Source: Moniliella sp. 'wahieum' (Eukaryota). From it: a stretch of DNA of 64,000 bases. The notes beneath the pieces were generated by a model, which had not been told where the DNA came from, made no database searches, and saw nothing but the letters and a program-made list of their open reading frames with translations. The translations under genes were made by a program, and so were the position numbers. Below, in pieces: positions 39,438 through 50,942 of the stretch; within the stretch, counting starts at the first letter, position 1; every line of letters begins with the position of its first letter. The stretch covers positions 868,001 through 932,000 of the forward strand of contig RSEE01000005.1 of assembly GCA_003971905.1 (NCBI GenBank), read 5' to 3'.

Positions 39438-39665
39438 GCGGCCCCAGACAGACTGAGTTCTGAGCGCAGGTCGGCGAGCTCAGTCGGAACGATGAGGCTC
39501 AGCGGAGGTGGCCAGGTCCCAGACCAGCTCGCCTCGGCAGGGAGGAGGCGTGAGCGCATGAGCCTCCACAGACGGCGGGCGGGGGGTTCTACCCTGGGTA
39601 CCCCTGTCGGGGGATCATATATCCCTTGGTTAGGGTCGGGCTGTCTGTCGAACCGGCGGGGCTGC
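39438..39665 (+). ncRNA. Candidate structured non-coding RNA (multi-arm fold), family unknown
   Basis: Nested stems by eye: 39438-45/39658-65, 39451-60/39476-85, 39494-504/39555-66, 39568-76/39640-48 and 39607-15/39621-29. Non-Watson-Crick pairs are G-U on the + strand. Confidence 0.45.
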
Positions 39666-40491
39666 TAATCGATCAAGCTTCAATTATATCTCTCTCGCTT
39701 TCCTGTGCCTGCCCTCGGCCGGCATGCAATGCCGCAAAAGCCAGATGAAGCGTACCCGATTACTAGTGCCAGCGTAGAATCCCTCGCTCCCCGCTTGCAC
39801 CAGTGCCGCAGGTCCAAAGCGAAGCCTCGTGGTCTCTCGCACGCGCCACTGTCTGATTCATCGTTTCCCGTTTCCCGTCCACCGCCTATAGCGTAGCCCA
39901 GATTTGGAGAGCGCACTTGGTCGGTCAGTCCTACATACAAACAATTAAGCCTTCGATCCACGTTTGGGTGCGTAGCCACTACCGTAGTCTCTAGTCACTA
40001 CTCTCTGGTCATTCTCACGACATAGGGGGACGGACCAAGGGACATGAAGCATGAATATTGAATGTTAATGAACAGGTATCAGATCTCAGAGCCCCATGCT
40101 CCCCGCCCCACGACGCGAGGTGGACCAAGCTTCAGGCTCCAAGGCGGATGGTCGAGCAACCCCGAGAGAGGGGCCAGGAAAAAGACAAAGTGGTAGAGCT
40201 GGGGGAGGGGGGAGGGGGGGGGGAAGTACAACAATGTTTTCGGCGATCGCAACAAGGGACTGAGAGCCCGGATTGAAGCGAGGTCGTCAGTCCCAGAGCT
40301 GAGGCCTCAGGCTGAGGCCTGAGGGCCGGGGGGATACGATGCCCAGCTGGCAGGTTGACCAAGCAGGGCCCACACGAGCGCTCGCCGAAGCGGCCGTGGA
40401 AGAGGAAGAGAGAAAAGAGGCGAAAAGGATCCGTGTCCCCTGCATGGCTGGCGGGGACCGGTTTCATGGCTTCTGGGGTCCAACAGTTGCC

Positions 40492-42353
40492 CTAACGAGA
40501 GACACTCCATGTGTAGGACAAGGAAAGGAAGGCGAAGGATGAGCGATGGCAGACCGAGAGATGGAGCGTATGGATGAATGAGGAAAGGAAGGGGCCGAAA
40601 GGATGGAAAACAGCAGGGGTGATGGGGAAAGGGGGAGGCAAACATCGATCAGGGAAGGTGTTGATGCACATCCTGTACACCAAAGGGAGGAGGCCAAGGC
40701 GCAAGTTGTTGAGCATGTGGCTCCACTGCCTCGTCCATCGTGCCATTAAACCCAGCTGTACTGATCGCAACCCGTGCCTCTTCGCCTTGACCCGCACCCC
40801 TTCTCGAACAAAGGCGTCCAAGCCGTCCGAGATGCCCAAGCGGCTCAGACGCTCGCTCTCGAGCGCCACGTGCGGATCGTCCTCTGGGTACAGGGAAAGA
40901 AGGGTGACAAACCCGTCCCGTGGCGTATCTGGATCAATGAGGATGGCCAAGTTGGCGGATTCGGGTGGGGCAGGCGTTCGCCCAGCGACATGATGGATTG
41001 GATCATGTGCTGGCGTAGCGTTGGAGGCCAGCCACCGGCCATAGAGGCACTGTCCACGGTACCTGCCACAGGCAGGCGCGAGCAAGCTTGGATGTAGAAA
41101 CGTCTTCTCCTCCAAGCCATCTTCGGGTTGGTTTTGCTCCAGCTGGGCGCGCACGTCAGCCAAGTCGATTCGGCCAGACCCGTGACGTTAAAGACGGGCA
41201 CAGCGAGCGAAAAGAGTATCTCCTTCGCCGGCGCATTGGCGCACCAAGTCGCCTCGTCTTGAGTCTGGTTGGTCTGGACGAAGAGGGCATCGAGGGTATG
41301 AAGGCGACGCTGGTGCCTATAGAGCGGTCCAGTATTGATGGGTTCGTCGTCGCTGGACAACTCTGGATGCAAAAGTAGGGTGAGTAACGTGCGCAAAAGG
41401 TGGTTCGAGAGGGTTTAGTGGTTTCGGGGTTTCGGGGGGGGGGGGAGGGTTCACCCGCTTCGCTTTCTTCGTCTGCATCCAAGTCGGCGAGACCAACGAC
41501 AATACGCCGGCGGATCAAGCCATCTTTATCGGGGACAAAGATGGATTGACCCAGAAGAGCGCGGACATCCTGATCGAGGGGGGCGGGAAGGTGGCGAATG
41601 GACCCGTTGTCGAGGCGATAAGGTCGCTGGGCGGAGGTGGAGGCCAAGAGAGATGCGGGGGAGGGCAGCCAATCGTCGTCGTCGTCATCGTCTTCCTCGT
41701 CTTCCTCGCCTTCGCTCCAGAGAGTATCGAGGGGCACGTCATCGAGCACGGCGCTGTCGAGGTGTGGTCGGAGGAGCTGGCGTGAGCATGGAGGCTGGGG
41801 CCGACACACGCGCGTGAGCATGGAGGCTGGGGCCGACACACGCGCGTGAGCAGGCCAATGGAAAGTCTAGTGGCAGGGTAAGCAGCCGAGCACAGCATGG
41901 GGACGATGAGAGTAGGTGGCTGACAGTGAGCGCTGGGCTTGGAGGAGGAGGAGATACGCACCAGACATGATAGGGGTTAGGAGGCGGATACGGAGGGAGG
42001 GATGGGGACGGGGACAAGAATGTATGCGGCTGGGGGCGGAGGGGCCAAGACGGCGGGGCGGGCTGGGAGGGCCGGACAAGCAGTCAACACCCACCACACA
42101 GGCGGCACCAGATGGAGCAGGGAGGGCCGGTGGGGGTGGGGGGTGGGAGGGTGGGGGAGGCACGCCAGCGAGAAGAAGAAGGCGAGGGGCGGCCAGGAAC
42201 AGTGTTGGTTGGTACGTGGCGGGGGTGGTTATCGGAGGAGGCGTGAGGAGGAAGCGGCAAGAGGCGAGGCGGCGCGGCACAGCGCTGCTGCTGGCTTCGG
42301 GTATGCGGTGGGGGCGGGGTATGTATGGCTGACTCTGGGGCAGCAGCGGACAT
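40492..42353 (-). CDS. Orphan hypothetical protein (frameshifted, boundaries uncertain)
   Basis: Chained ORFs 41156-41839, 40845-41396 and 40492-41163 read as protein-like sequence with an acidic tract. No family recognised. Confidence 0.55.
41780..41852. repeat. 32-bp tandem duplication
   Basis: GCGTGAGCATGGAGGCTGGGGCCGACACACGC occurs twice, plus a partial copy. Confidence 0.9.
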
Positions 42354-43764
42354 ACTCGCTCGGCCACCGATGATCGCCGCTGCCTGGCGGACTCGAGAGG
42401 CGGCGTGTGACTGGGACGAGTGACTAGCCTGTGATGCATGCTGGGGCGTGTGCCCTGCAGTGCCACGGGCAAGGCGGTCGGTGCAACTGCCCCTATTGTC
42501 CGGGGATGGGTGACAGGCGATGCATGAGGTGCATGGCTCCAGTGGCGGGGGGCGGGGGGCATTAGCCGCGCAGCAGATACCAGAGTGGTATCGCGTACGT
42601 GTGGCGTACCCGTGCGGAGCAGATTGCGTCGCCCAAGGCGGGCTGGTGCAATGCGGATGCGCATGCTGATACGGATGCCCATCGCAACCCACAGGGTACC
42701 CGCCGCACAGAAGGGCTTCGGTGCGCAGCCGCTCTGCCGCTCACATCCCGAGAGGAGCTGCGCTACGATGCGGCCGAAATCTAGCAACTAGGATAGCAGC
42801 CGCTCCTGTCCCAGCCCCCCCCTCGCATATGTCCACACGTGCCACACATCCCTGTCTTCGCCAACCACATCGCATCGCAACGGCCGACAGGGGGGCGTGG
42901 GTGCCCAGCATGCTGCCTCCCAACAGCGCATCCGGCATCCCCTGCGTACCATCTCGCGCACTTAGTACGCACTCACGCACACCACCACCCGCGTGTGTCT
43001 AGGACTGTGCCCTGGAGGAAAACGGAGGAAAAGGGGCATGCGCCACCGCACTGTCCCAGTGCCACTCCAACACCCCGCTCATGGCGCTGACGCACTGATG
43101 CATGATGCCAGCCGCACCGGTGCGCGCACGTGATGATTAACGAATGACTCGTACACAGTAGCTGTTGCAGGGCTGAGACGCAGTATTATACTTCAGTGGA
43201 AGAGCTTAAGCTTCTGGCCATGCCCACGTTTGCTTGCCGATGGCTGGGATGGAGGTACGGCCATGGCAAAAAGGAAGCACCTAGAATGGGTCAGAGTCCA
43301 GTCCAGACCTGACTTTCTTTTGGATCCGCCGGCGTAGCACATCAACCCAGTCTATCAGAGCCACCCCCCCCCCAGGCGCACCTGTCACAGAATTATATAC
43401 AGGGCGGATTTGAACTTCGTGACGGGGGCGCGTCGGTAGAAAAGGTGTACCACAACCTGATTATAAACAGGTGGGGGATGCAGCTTACCAAACCTTCATC
43501 GCAGCTATGGCACTCCGTCAAACGCCAACATCAGGATCGAACAGCTACCATTCACCATCATATAGGAAACTTTGCCCCCTCACTTTTCATTCACAAGGGG
43601 GGGGGAAGCGGGGGCATATACACAAAAAGGGCGATTGAAGCGATAGCGTACTACCCTCATAAGGGAACAGAAAACACTAGGGAACCCCCAACAGACTTTC
43701 ATACGGCAGAGTCTGTGAATCTGATAGTAGCGCAAAGAGCGAAGGTACACAGCAGTGTGGCGGT

Positions 43765-45080
43765 TTATTTATACGGAAAGAGGGTCTGAATTCTGAGAGG
43801 AAGAGAGAGGCGGGTCCGTAGGATCAGAATGTTCGGAAAGGCTTTCTTCGTGCGTATCCCATTCTTGTGTTGAAAATGTTCGTTGATGTAGGGCAAGATG
43901 AAGTCCCCTCCTTTGTCCTGTTGGTGTGTGCTGAGAACATGGTTAATGCTGTCCACGCTCGCGTTGATCAGTTTGGCCTGGTTGAGCAGGGGCGTGAGCA
44001 AGTTGTGCAGCTCTCTCGCTCGCACCTCGAGCTCCGCCCGTTTTGTTGCTTCTTCCTCCTCTAGTTCACCAATGGCGAGGTAGAGCCGGTTAAAGAGGGC
44101 TTCGTGGTCGGAGGGAATGGCAATTTTGGAAAATTGCGGGCGTTGCTCCCATGCCACTCCGACCTTGTTCAATTCAGCAGCAAAGTGTCTGTGTCCAAGC
44201 CGGACCAGGCGTGCAAGAGTAAAAAGGGGGTAGACAAGGTGGGGGGTGGTTAGCGAACCTATTCTTTTGAACACCAGCCCCGAGCGCAAGAGAGAAGGAG
44301 AAGGAGGAAAGGAAGAGGTATAAGTAACGTACGCAATCCGCTGACCGTCTTGATGCTCGCGTCGTGGGCTGCAACCACATTGGGTAACCCCTCCTCCACC
44401 ATGATCCTCGCTTTAGCAATCGTGTCACTCAGGCACGCCGCCTCTGAGGGTCTGGCGGCGTGCCTGGGTAAGAGGGAAGGGCATCTGGTTTTGGGGCAAT
44501 CAAAAAAGCAGCCTCAACCAGATCGTTGGATGCCCACCTAAGGTTGTCCTCGCCCTGAGAAGGGAGTGGACGACTCTCGACCTAAGTTTCGCGGTCGTAT
44601 AAGTATCTTCATTCAAACGAGAAATGTTTTGGTCCTTCTGAGCTCATGCAGGATCACAATCGGCAAGAGGAAGAAAAGAGGAAAAGGCCCAGGTCAGTCT
44701 TGATCGCCCGTTGCGAACGAGGGCGCGGGGACGACTTACGATGCGGAGGTCGTTTTGAGCCGATGCCACCTCGAGTTTCAGAGAGTCAATCTGTTCGGCC
44801 AAGCGATTGATTCCTACGCCCAGTATCTCTCGGTTGCAACGACACGCATGAGCATACTGTGTGCTTCTTCCGGCACGAACTCGCTCCACAAGGATTGGTC
44901 TATGCCGGAATCAGTGTCATCGACATCAACCAAGGGCCGTACCCAAAATTCCGGAAGTGGCACCATCCTTCGTTCTAGGGCGTCGCCGACGAAAAGAGGG
45001 TTGATTAAGGCCATGATCCTAGGGGAAGACAAATCTTCGTCGCTGGCGGAATAATCGGAGTCCGGAAGGAACACGGCCAT
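43765..45080 (-). CDS. Orphan coiled-coil protein with about 2 introns
   Basis: MAVFLPDSDY..., INRLAEQIDSLKLEVASAQNDLR and ELEEEEATKRAELEVRARELHNLL. GTAAGT (~44740) and GTACGT (~44333) donors followed by pyrimidine tracts. Confidence 0.6.
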
Positions 45081-45692
45081 CGTTCAGTACTCCCACGGGC
45101 TTTTTTTTGGGGGGGGGAGAGATGGGGGGGGGAGCAAGGATGATGAGACGGGAATTTATATACAGAATGGATTGATGCATGCATGCATGCTTCCACGCCC
45201 ATCCGTTTTGTTCCATCGGGGTGCCGAAGAAGAGGATGCTGAGTCCCAGGATGGTTGGTGCGTTTGGGCCATCCTCTCCAAGGTCGCTTGAGTCTTCGCT
45301 GCGGAGGCCTAGGAGCTCCGCCGTTCTCTCGCTTCTGTGTGTCTCGCTTGCTCCGCAGCCAAGGCGCAGTGGCGACTGGCTGCTCCCCGCTGTGGTGCGA
45401 TTGCGTTGCACGGCATCACGCTCGATCGTGGGCCCTGCCATCACAGAGACTGCTGCTCCGGCAGGTGTCTTCCAACCGAGCTTCCCTTCGCTGCACGGAG
45501 GCGTGCCGTGGAAACGAATAAGCATGCGGCAACATAGAGAGCAATCCCAACACCATAGCACGCCCTTCTTCCACACATATATAGCCCCCCCTCTCTCTGA
45601 TATATCCCCCTCCCCTCCCGCTTCCTGTGCTCTCCTCTCCCGCTTCCTGTGCTCTCCCCTCCCGTTTACTGGATTGCGGTGCCTCCTATACC

Positions 45693-47093
45693 ATGCCTGT
45701 TCCCCACCCCTCTTCCTCTGCCCCCCGCCGACGGACGATCCAAAACAGCGCCTCTGGCTCTTTCACACTACCTCCCACCTTCTTGACATTGCCCGCGACA
45801 ACGATCACCTCTTGTGTTCTGCCTTATCCCCAAGATGCGACTGTCGGTCCGACCTGGTCGAGTGGGCGTCCAGCTCCAGGGGTCCATCGTCTTGCGCCGG
45901 GGATGGATTCTCCCGCCTCCGCATATTTGGCCTTGACCAAGGTCTTCCCTAATTACCACTGGCAGACACACCGTCTGTCGTTGAAAGGGCTGACGTCGCT
46001 CGTGCCCAATCGCCGAGAAGAAAGCGCTTCATCTCCTTTCTGTTAAGGTGGTCGGACGCATTGCGAGCGGAGTACAAAGCTGCTGAAGCCGAGCTCGACC
46101 ACCTGCGCACCGAACACAGCAAGCTCGTTTCCAGTTTGAACGAGCACCCTACTCTTCTCGCCGAGGCCCAGACTGCCTACGACACAAGCCGGGAATGGTT
46201 CGACGGCCTCTCTTCCGATGTGGATGCCACAGACAACGACGAGTACAACGCCATTCTTCGTGACCTCATGGAAAAGGTCTGCCACCAGTGGCCCGGCCCA
46301 TTGGGTCTCCAACGCAGCACAGGCGACAGCGAGCTGCATTGGCAGGTCCAGGAACGATTATACATTGAGCGGTTAGAGAGAGGAGGTTTATATAACCCTT
46401 CAACAAAGTATTCAATCTCTGATTTTTGCGAGCTGTTTGCCCAGGTGGCCAAACACAAGCGGGAGTATGCCTACGAATTCCTCTACTGTATCGGCGACCA
46501 ACACCTTGAGTATGTCTCCTCCTTTCCTCCTTCGTCTTGGCCTTCTCTTTCCGTTGGACTGTCAGATAGCTGTATCCTAACCCGGCTCCGTTCTTTGTCG
46601 GTCGTCGCTTGATTGGATTTTGTTCCCAGGGACTGGCCTGTGTTCGCCAAAGAGACGGGAACGAAGTTGGAAAAGACGTACCGGGAGGTGACGGCCCTTA
46701 GCACCTCCTTGTACCGCGACATCGGACCGCCCTTGCCCTCTTTTGCCAGCACGGCAGGCACTGGTGGAAGAAGAACGAGAAGCAGAGCAGAGCGACCAAG
46801 AAGGCGAGACGGAAGACCCGGGGGACCATCTGCTGCTGAACGAGTTGGGCCCGAATGTTTCGCTCGAGTTGGTAGAGTCCCAGCTGGCTTCCCTGAGTCG
46901 GTTGGCCACGAGACTCCTCAAGGCGCCTGCGGCGTACCATGCTTGGGTCGACCAGACGAAGGAGCTGGACAGTATCCGCGTTGGACTGCTGCAAGAGTTG
47001 CCCGCCTCGCCTGGGAGGTTGTCTTTGGATATGGGGGGGGAGGGTGCAGAGACAGAGGCGATACCGGAGGAGGAGGAGGAGGAGGAGGAGTAG
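45693..47093 (+). CDS. Orphan helical/acidic protein, probable intron ~46510-46629
   Basis: ORFs 45627-46046, 46061-46612 and 46743-47093 chain into protein-like sequence (EYKAAEAELDHLRTEHSKL). GTATGT...CCCAG intron and poly-Glu C-terminus. Confidence 0.6.
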
Positions 47094-47406
47094 CAACACA
47101 AAATGGTTCAGGGGGCCATAACTTCGATAGCTGGGAACTAAGCGCCACGGTGGTGGTATTGGGTATCAACCAGCACACTTGGAATGCGAGTGTACGCAGC
47201 AAGTGGGCCAGGCGGAAAGGGCGGAAAGGCATGCGATGGGTGACGATGCGTGATGCTGGTCGCGACGCGAAGAGAGTTTAGCGTTTGGCGTGTAGGCTGC
47301 TTTCATTAGTCGGATCGGATGGGTTGATGGGCTTCGCTGGCCTGCCAGCGCGTCCGCCTCGTCTCGCCGCTGCCCCCACCGCCCCTCGGCTGTGCGCAAC
47401 CAACCC

Positions 47407-50400
47407 ATGAGCATCACCCCGCCGCTCGGCCGGCCGCCGTTCCTTTCCCGCCGCTCGACACGCGTCCTGTCGACGGCATGGACGCCGTCAGCACCGCCGC
47501 CTCCTCGACCCCACCCGCCCACGCGCCGTCCTGGCCCTCGCCTCGGGCGATGATGCGGAGGTGGATTGGGCCCTGGCCCGTCTCCTCCGCGCATCCTTCC
47601 ACACCCCCGCCCCCGGCATCCAGCTCTCCCTCGCGCCCCGTCTCCTCGATCTGGTCGCCGACTACCCCATCCGCCTTGCCCATGCCCTCGCTGGCCACTC
47701 CCCGCCCTTTGGGCCCCTCGTGACCAGCCTGCCTTTGGCCTCGACGTGGATTCCGACGCGGATTCCGGTTTGGACTCTGACTCGGACTCCGACTCCGACG
47801 CAGGCTCGTCCTCGCCCTCATCCCCGACGGGCTCGGGTTCCAATCCCCATCCGGCTGCCCGCGACGACCTCCTGACCGCCAAGACAGCAGCACGTGCGCC
47901 GTCGCATTTTGCTCCAGCCACCAATGACGCTCACCGCGCCTTCCTGCGCCGCGCTCTCGAAGCCACAGTTTTCCTCCGCAACGTTTCCTTCGAGCCCTCT
48001 CCCGCGCCCGGGTTCGACACCAACTCACGCTTACTCAAACGCTCGAGAATTCTCCCTGCTATTGTCATTGCACTTACCACGTTGCTCCAGGAGCAACATC
48101 TTCTCCCACCCCCGCACCCGCCGCGCCGTCCCCCGCTTGACTCAGAAGCCGCAGCGGGGCTCAACGAACTGGTCCTCAACTTGCTCGATATCATCGAGTC
48201 GTTTGCTGATGATCTGAATGCTGCAGCCAGCGTAGGCCTTGAGCTGCAACAGCTTCTTCGCCTCCTCGCGTTTGGCTCGGACCGGCAGCGGATGGGGTCT
48301 GGAGTCGCGTCCATTCCCTTGGGGGGACGACGGACCGGTCCATGCTCCTATGTGCTCTGCGGGTGCTGGCAAAGATGGCATCGCAGCCCAACAATGCTGC
48401 TGCCTTTCACGAGGATGTCCCATCTTTCCCTGCCTCTGACCCAATGGATGGACACGACCCCCCTCGCTGGCCCCTCACCTGGCTTGCACTGCAATGGACA
48501 TTGGGAGCGCTGGACAATGATTTGCTCGAGTCCAGCCTTGAGCTGCTGCATGAACTCGTCATGGTGGCGGGCAATGGTCTGTGCTTGGCCGCCTACTCGG
48601 GTTTTCAGCCCACGGCTCTCTCCGCGCATCCTCGCGCTGGCGCTACCGCCCTTGCCGTTCCGGCGCTTCTGCGTGCTCTCACGCTACACCGGACCGAGTG
48701 GGACCGCGAGACACCCTTGGTGCCTCACAATGCCTCTGCACCTGCGCCACCTGCGCCGCAGTCGCGTCGGGCCCGAGAACGAGCGGCGGTGGAGGTGTGG
48801 AAACGCGCGGCGGTCCAGGCTGCCGCTGCGCTCACTTTGGCCAACACGTCGGACGTGCCAGAGGGAGAAGAGCGTTCCTTGGCCCAACTCGCCGCCCTCC
48901 CCTTGGCTGGGAGCGAGGTGGGCTCGCCTCTGTACCGTGCCATGCGACTCACCCCTGAGGAGGCTGCCTCCTCGTCGGCCACCTCCTCTGCCACACCGAC
49001 CGCTCCAACGAGGCCAGCAATGGGTGGCTACTATCTTTGAGTCGGACCCGGCAAGCAAGAGTCTCGCTTCGGGTCAAGCGGGACGGTGGTGGGAGGTATC
49101 CCAAGCTGCCTTCTGCGCGGCCTACCAAGACTCTCGGTCTCTTGCCAGCAACGTGGCTCAACGCCCGCCTCTCACCCCCGAAGCGATTCTCAACCTGCCC
49201 AAATCTGTTTTCAAGCCGGCTGGTCCGGCTGACGCGGGCGGAGGAAAGTTTATCGTGCGGGGAATTCGAGTGCGCGCAGATCGGGTGGTGCGGGCGGTGC
49301 GACAGACGGCCGAGGCGCCCGAGACGACGGCCGCATTGCGCGCTCTGTGCCACGAATGGCTGCGTACCTATTTGGCTCGCAATGCGGGCGCGCCGGCCTG
49401 GGCCCGTGCGGGTGCGTCGGACCCAGCTTTGCGCGCCGCTGGAGCGTGTTGCTGGACCACCTGCCTCGACCCTGGCTCCGGGCTGAACCAAGAAAAGATC
49501 AAGGAACACATCGCTCGCCATGTGGCCGAGGCAGGAAAAGTGGTGTGCCAACCACCTCCGTCCTCGGAACCGGACCAGGAAGGGAAGCATGAGCACGACC
49601 GCTTCCTCGATGCCCACCAGTGCTTATGGGATGGGTGCTTTGCTACTCCGCCCGAGGGGGTCCAGGGCGAGGAGGCCCATCACTGGCTCCAAACCCATGT
49701 GCTTACCCATTTACCTCCCGATTCGCCATCGGGAGCATCGTTGACCCCCGCGTTGACGCAAGGCACGGGGGAGTTGCCAGCTAGTGCGGTGTGGGCGGAC
49801 GAGAACCAAAAACGCCTGGCCCAGTTCTTTGTGCCGATGTGGGTCTCGCCGCTGGACCCACTACCTCCTCTGGCCTATTGGCTCTCCTCCGCTCCCGTTG
49901 CAGCGAAGCGTGCGGTGCCCGATGCTGGACACGAGGCGGACGGTAGGAAACGGATGCGTCTGTCGGGCGATGCGGAAGAAGGGGGTGAGTTGGTTTGCTA
50001 CGCTCCGCTGCACCACGAACCTTCCTCTGGCGATGCTGCTGGGGCGCACAAGGACGAGGAGGGGGCGGAAGAAAAGGAGACGGTGCCCTGGTACCTCGCG
50101 CGGGGGGCCATGTCGGTCGCGCGTCCCATTCGCACCCTCAAGGTGCCAGGCACGGTCAAGTTTGTAGTGGCACGTACGCCCTTGCACCTCAACACCTCCA
50201 TCCCCTCGGGCTGTCCGGCGTTGGCGGCGCTGTTGCTTCGCGGGGTGACGTCCCAAGTGGCTGACGTCTTGGGCGCCGAGGCGGACGAGCAAGAGGAGGA
50301 ACAAGAATGGCTGGCGCAGCAGCAAGAGAAGCGGTTGCGTGCCGTGACCAAGGACGAGGCGGCACAGGTAGGCTTTCCCTTTGCGCCGGCCGCTGCGCCG

Positions 50401-50670
50401 GTGCCAGCCCGAGCGACGCCAGTGGCAATGCGGCAGCCGGGCACGGCTACGACGGCGGCCGAGGCAGCAGAGGCCGAGGCGGAAGGCGAGGCGGGCGAGA
50501 CGGCGCGGCGGGCGGCGGTGCGGGCGGTGGCGCGTGGCTGGCTGGATCGGTTGCTGGAGGCGGAAAACTACGTGGTGCTCCAGTCGGCCTCGAACGACAT
50601 TCTTTCGGGCATCCTGCAGGACACACTCGCCTGCCTGCCGCGCCCGCGCTCGCGGCTGCGCGAAACGTAG
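47407..50670 (+). CDS. RSC9: RSC/PBAF chromatin-remodelling subunit, Rsc9/ARID2-like
   Basis: LALASGDDAEVDWAL and RRALEATVFLRNVSF (ARM region), RFX-like KFIVRGIR, and two C2H2-like motifs (CCWTTC...HIARH, CLWDGC...HVLTH). Confidence 0.75.
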
Positions 50671-50942
50671 CTAGAGCAGCTCCCGGCTGGCATGTTGGAA
50701 TGGGATGGGATGGGATCCAGACGAACGCATGTGTTGGACGGCGGACAGGGGAGGAAGATTGATAGGGCCGGCGGAGCCTCCAACGCCAACGCCAACGACA
50801 GCAGAAATCGAGTCACAGCCAAAAGTAATCGTGTTGACGCAGTTGGGCGGAGACGGCCGGAAGAAATGTTAATGACAGGAAGAAACATGCTTCGTAGATT
50901 CACCGTCGATAGAACCTCCGCCGCGACCGCCATTTGGCTGCG

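Noticed and set aside
39628..39636. Minus-strand ACCCTAACC as a telomerase RNA template
   Set aside because: It is a 1.5-repeat TTAGGG match, but G-U pairs place the surrounding fold on the + strand, and 9-mers occur by chance. Not supportable without covariation data.
4744..41852. Short tandem duplications as CRISPR-like arrays
   Set aside because: Only 2-5 adjacent units with no unique spacers, in a eukaryotic context.
43399..43432. CAGGGCGGATTTGAAC as a DNA-transposon terminal repeat or tRNA remnant
   Set aside because: No matching inverted copy found and no cloverleaf. Only a lone B-box-like 10-mer.
43765..47093. HD (bE/bW) mating-type locus
   Set aside because: The divergent layout fits, but no homeodomain signature is visible in any frame I read.
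47118..47130. ATAACTTCG resembling a loxP half-site
   Set aside because: Only 9 bp match and there is no second arm.
47407..47600. Missing ARID domain in the RSC9-like gene as a novelty
   Set aside because: ARID-less Rsc9 proteins are already known (for example budding yeast), and the start here is uncertain.
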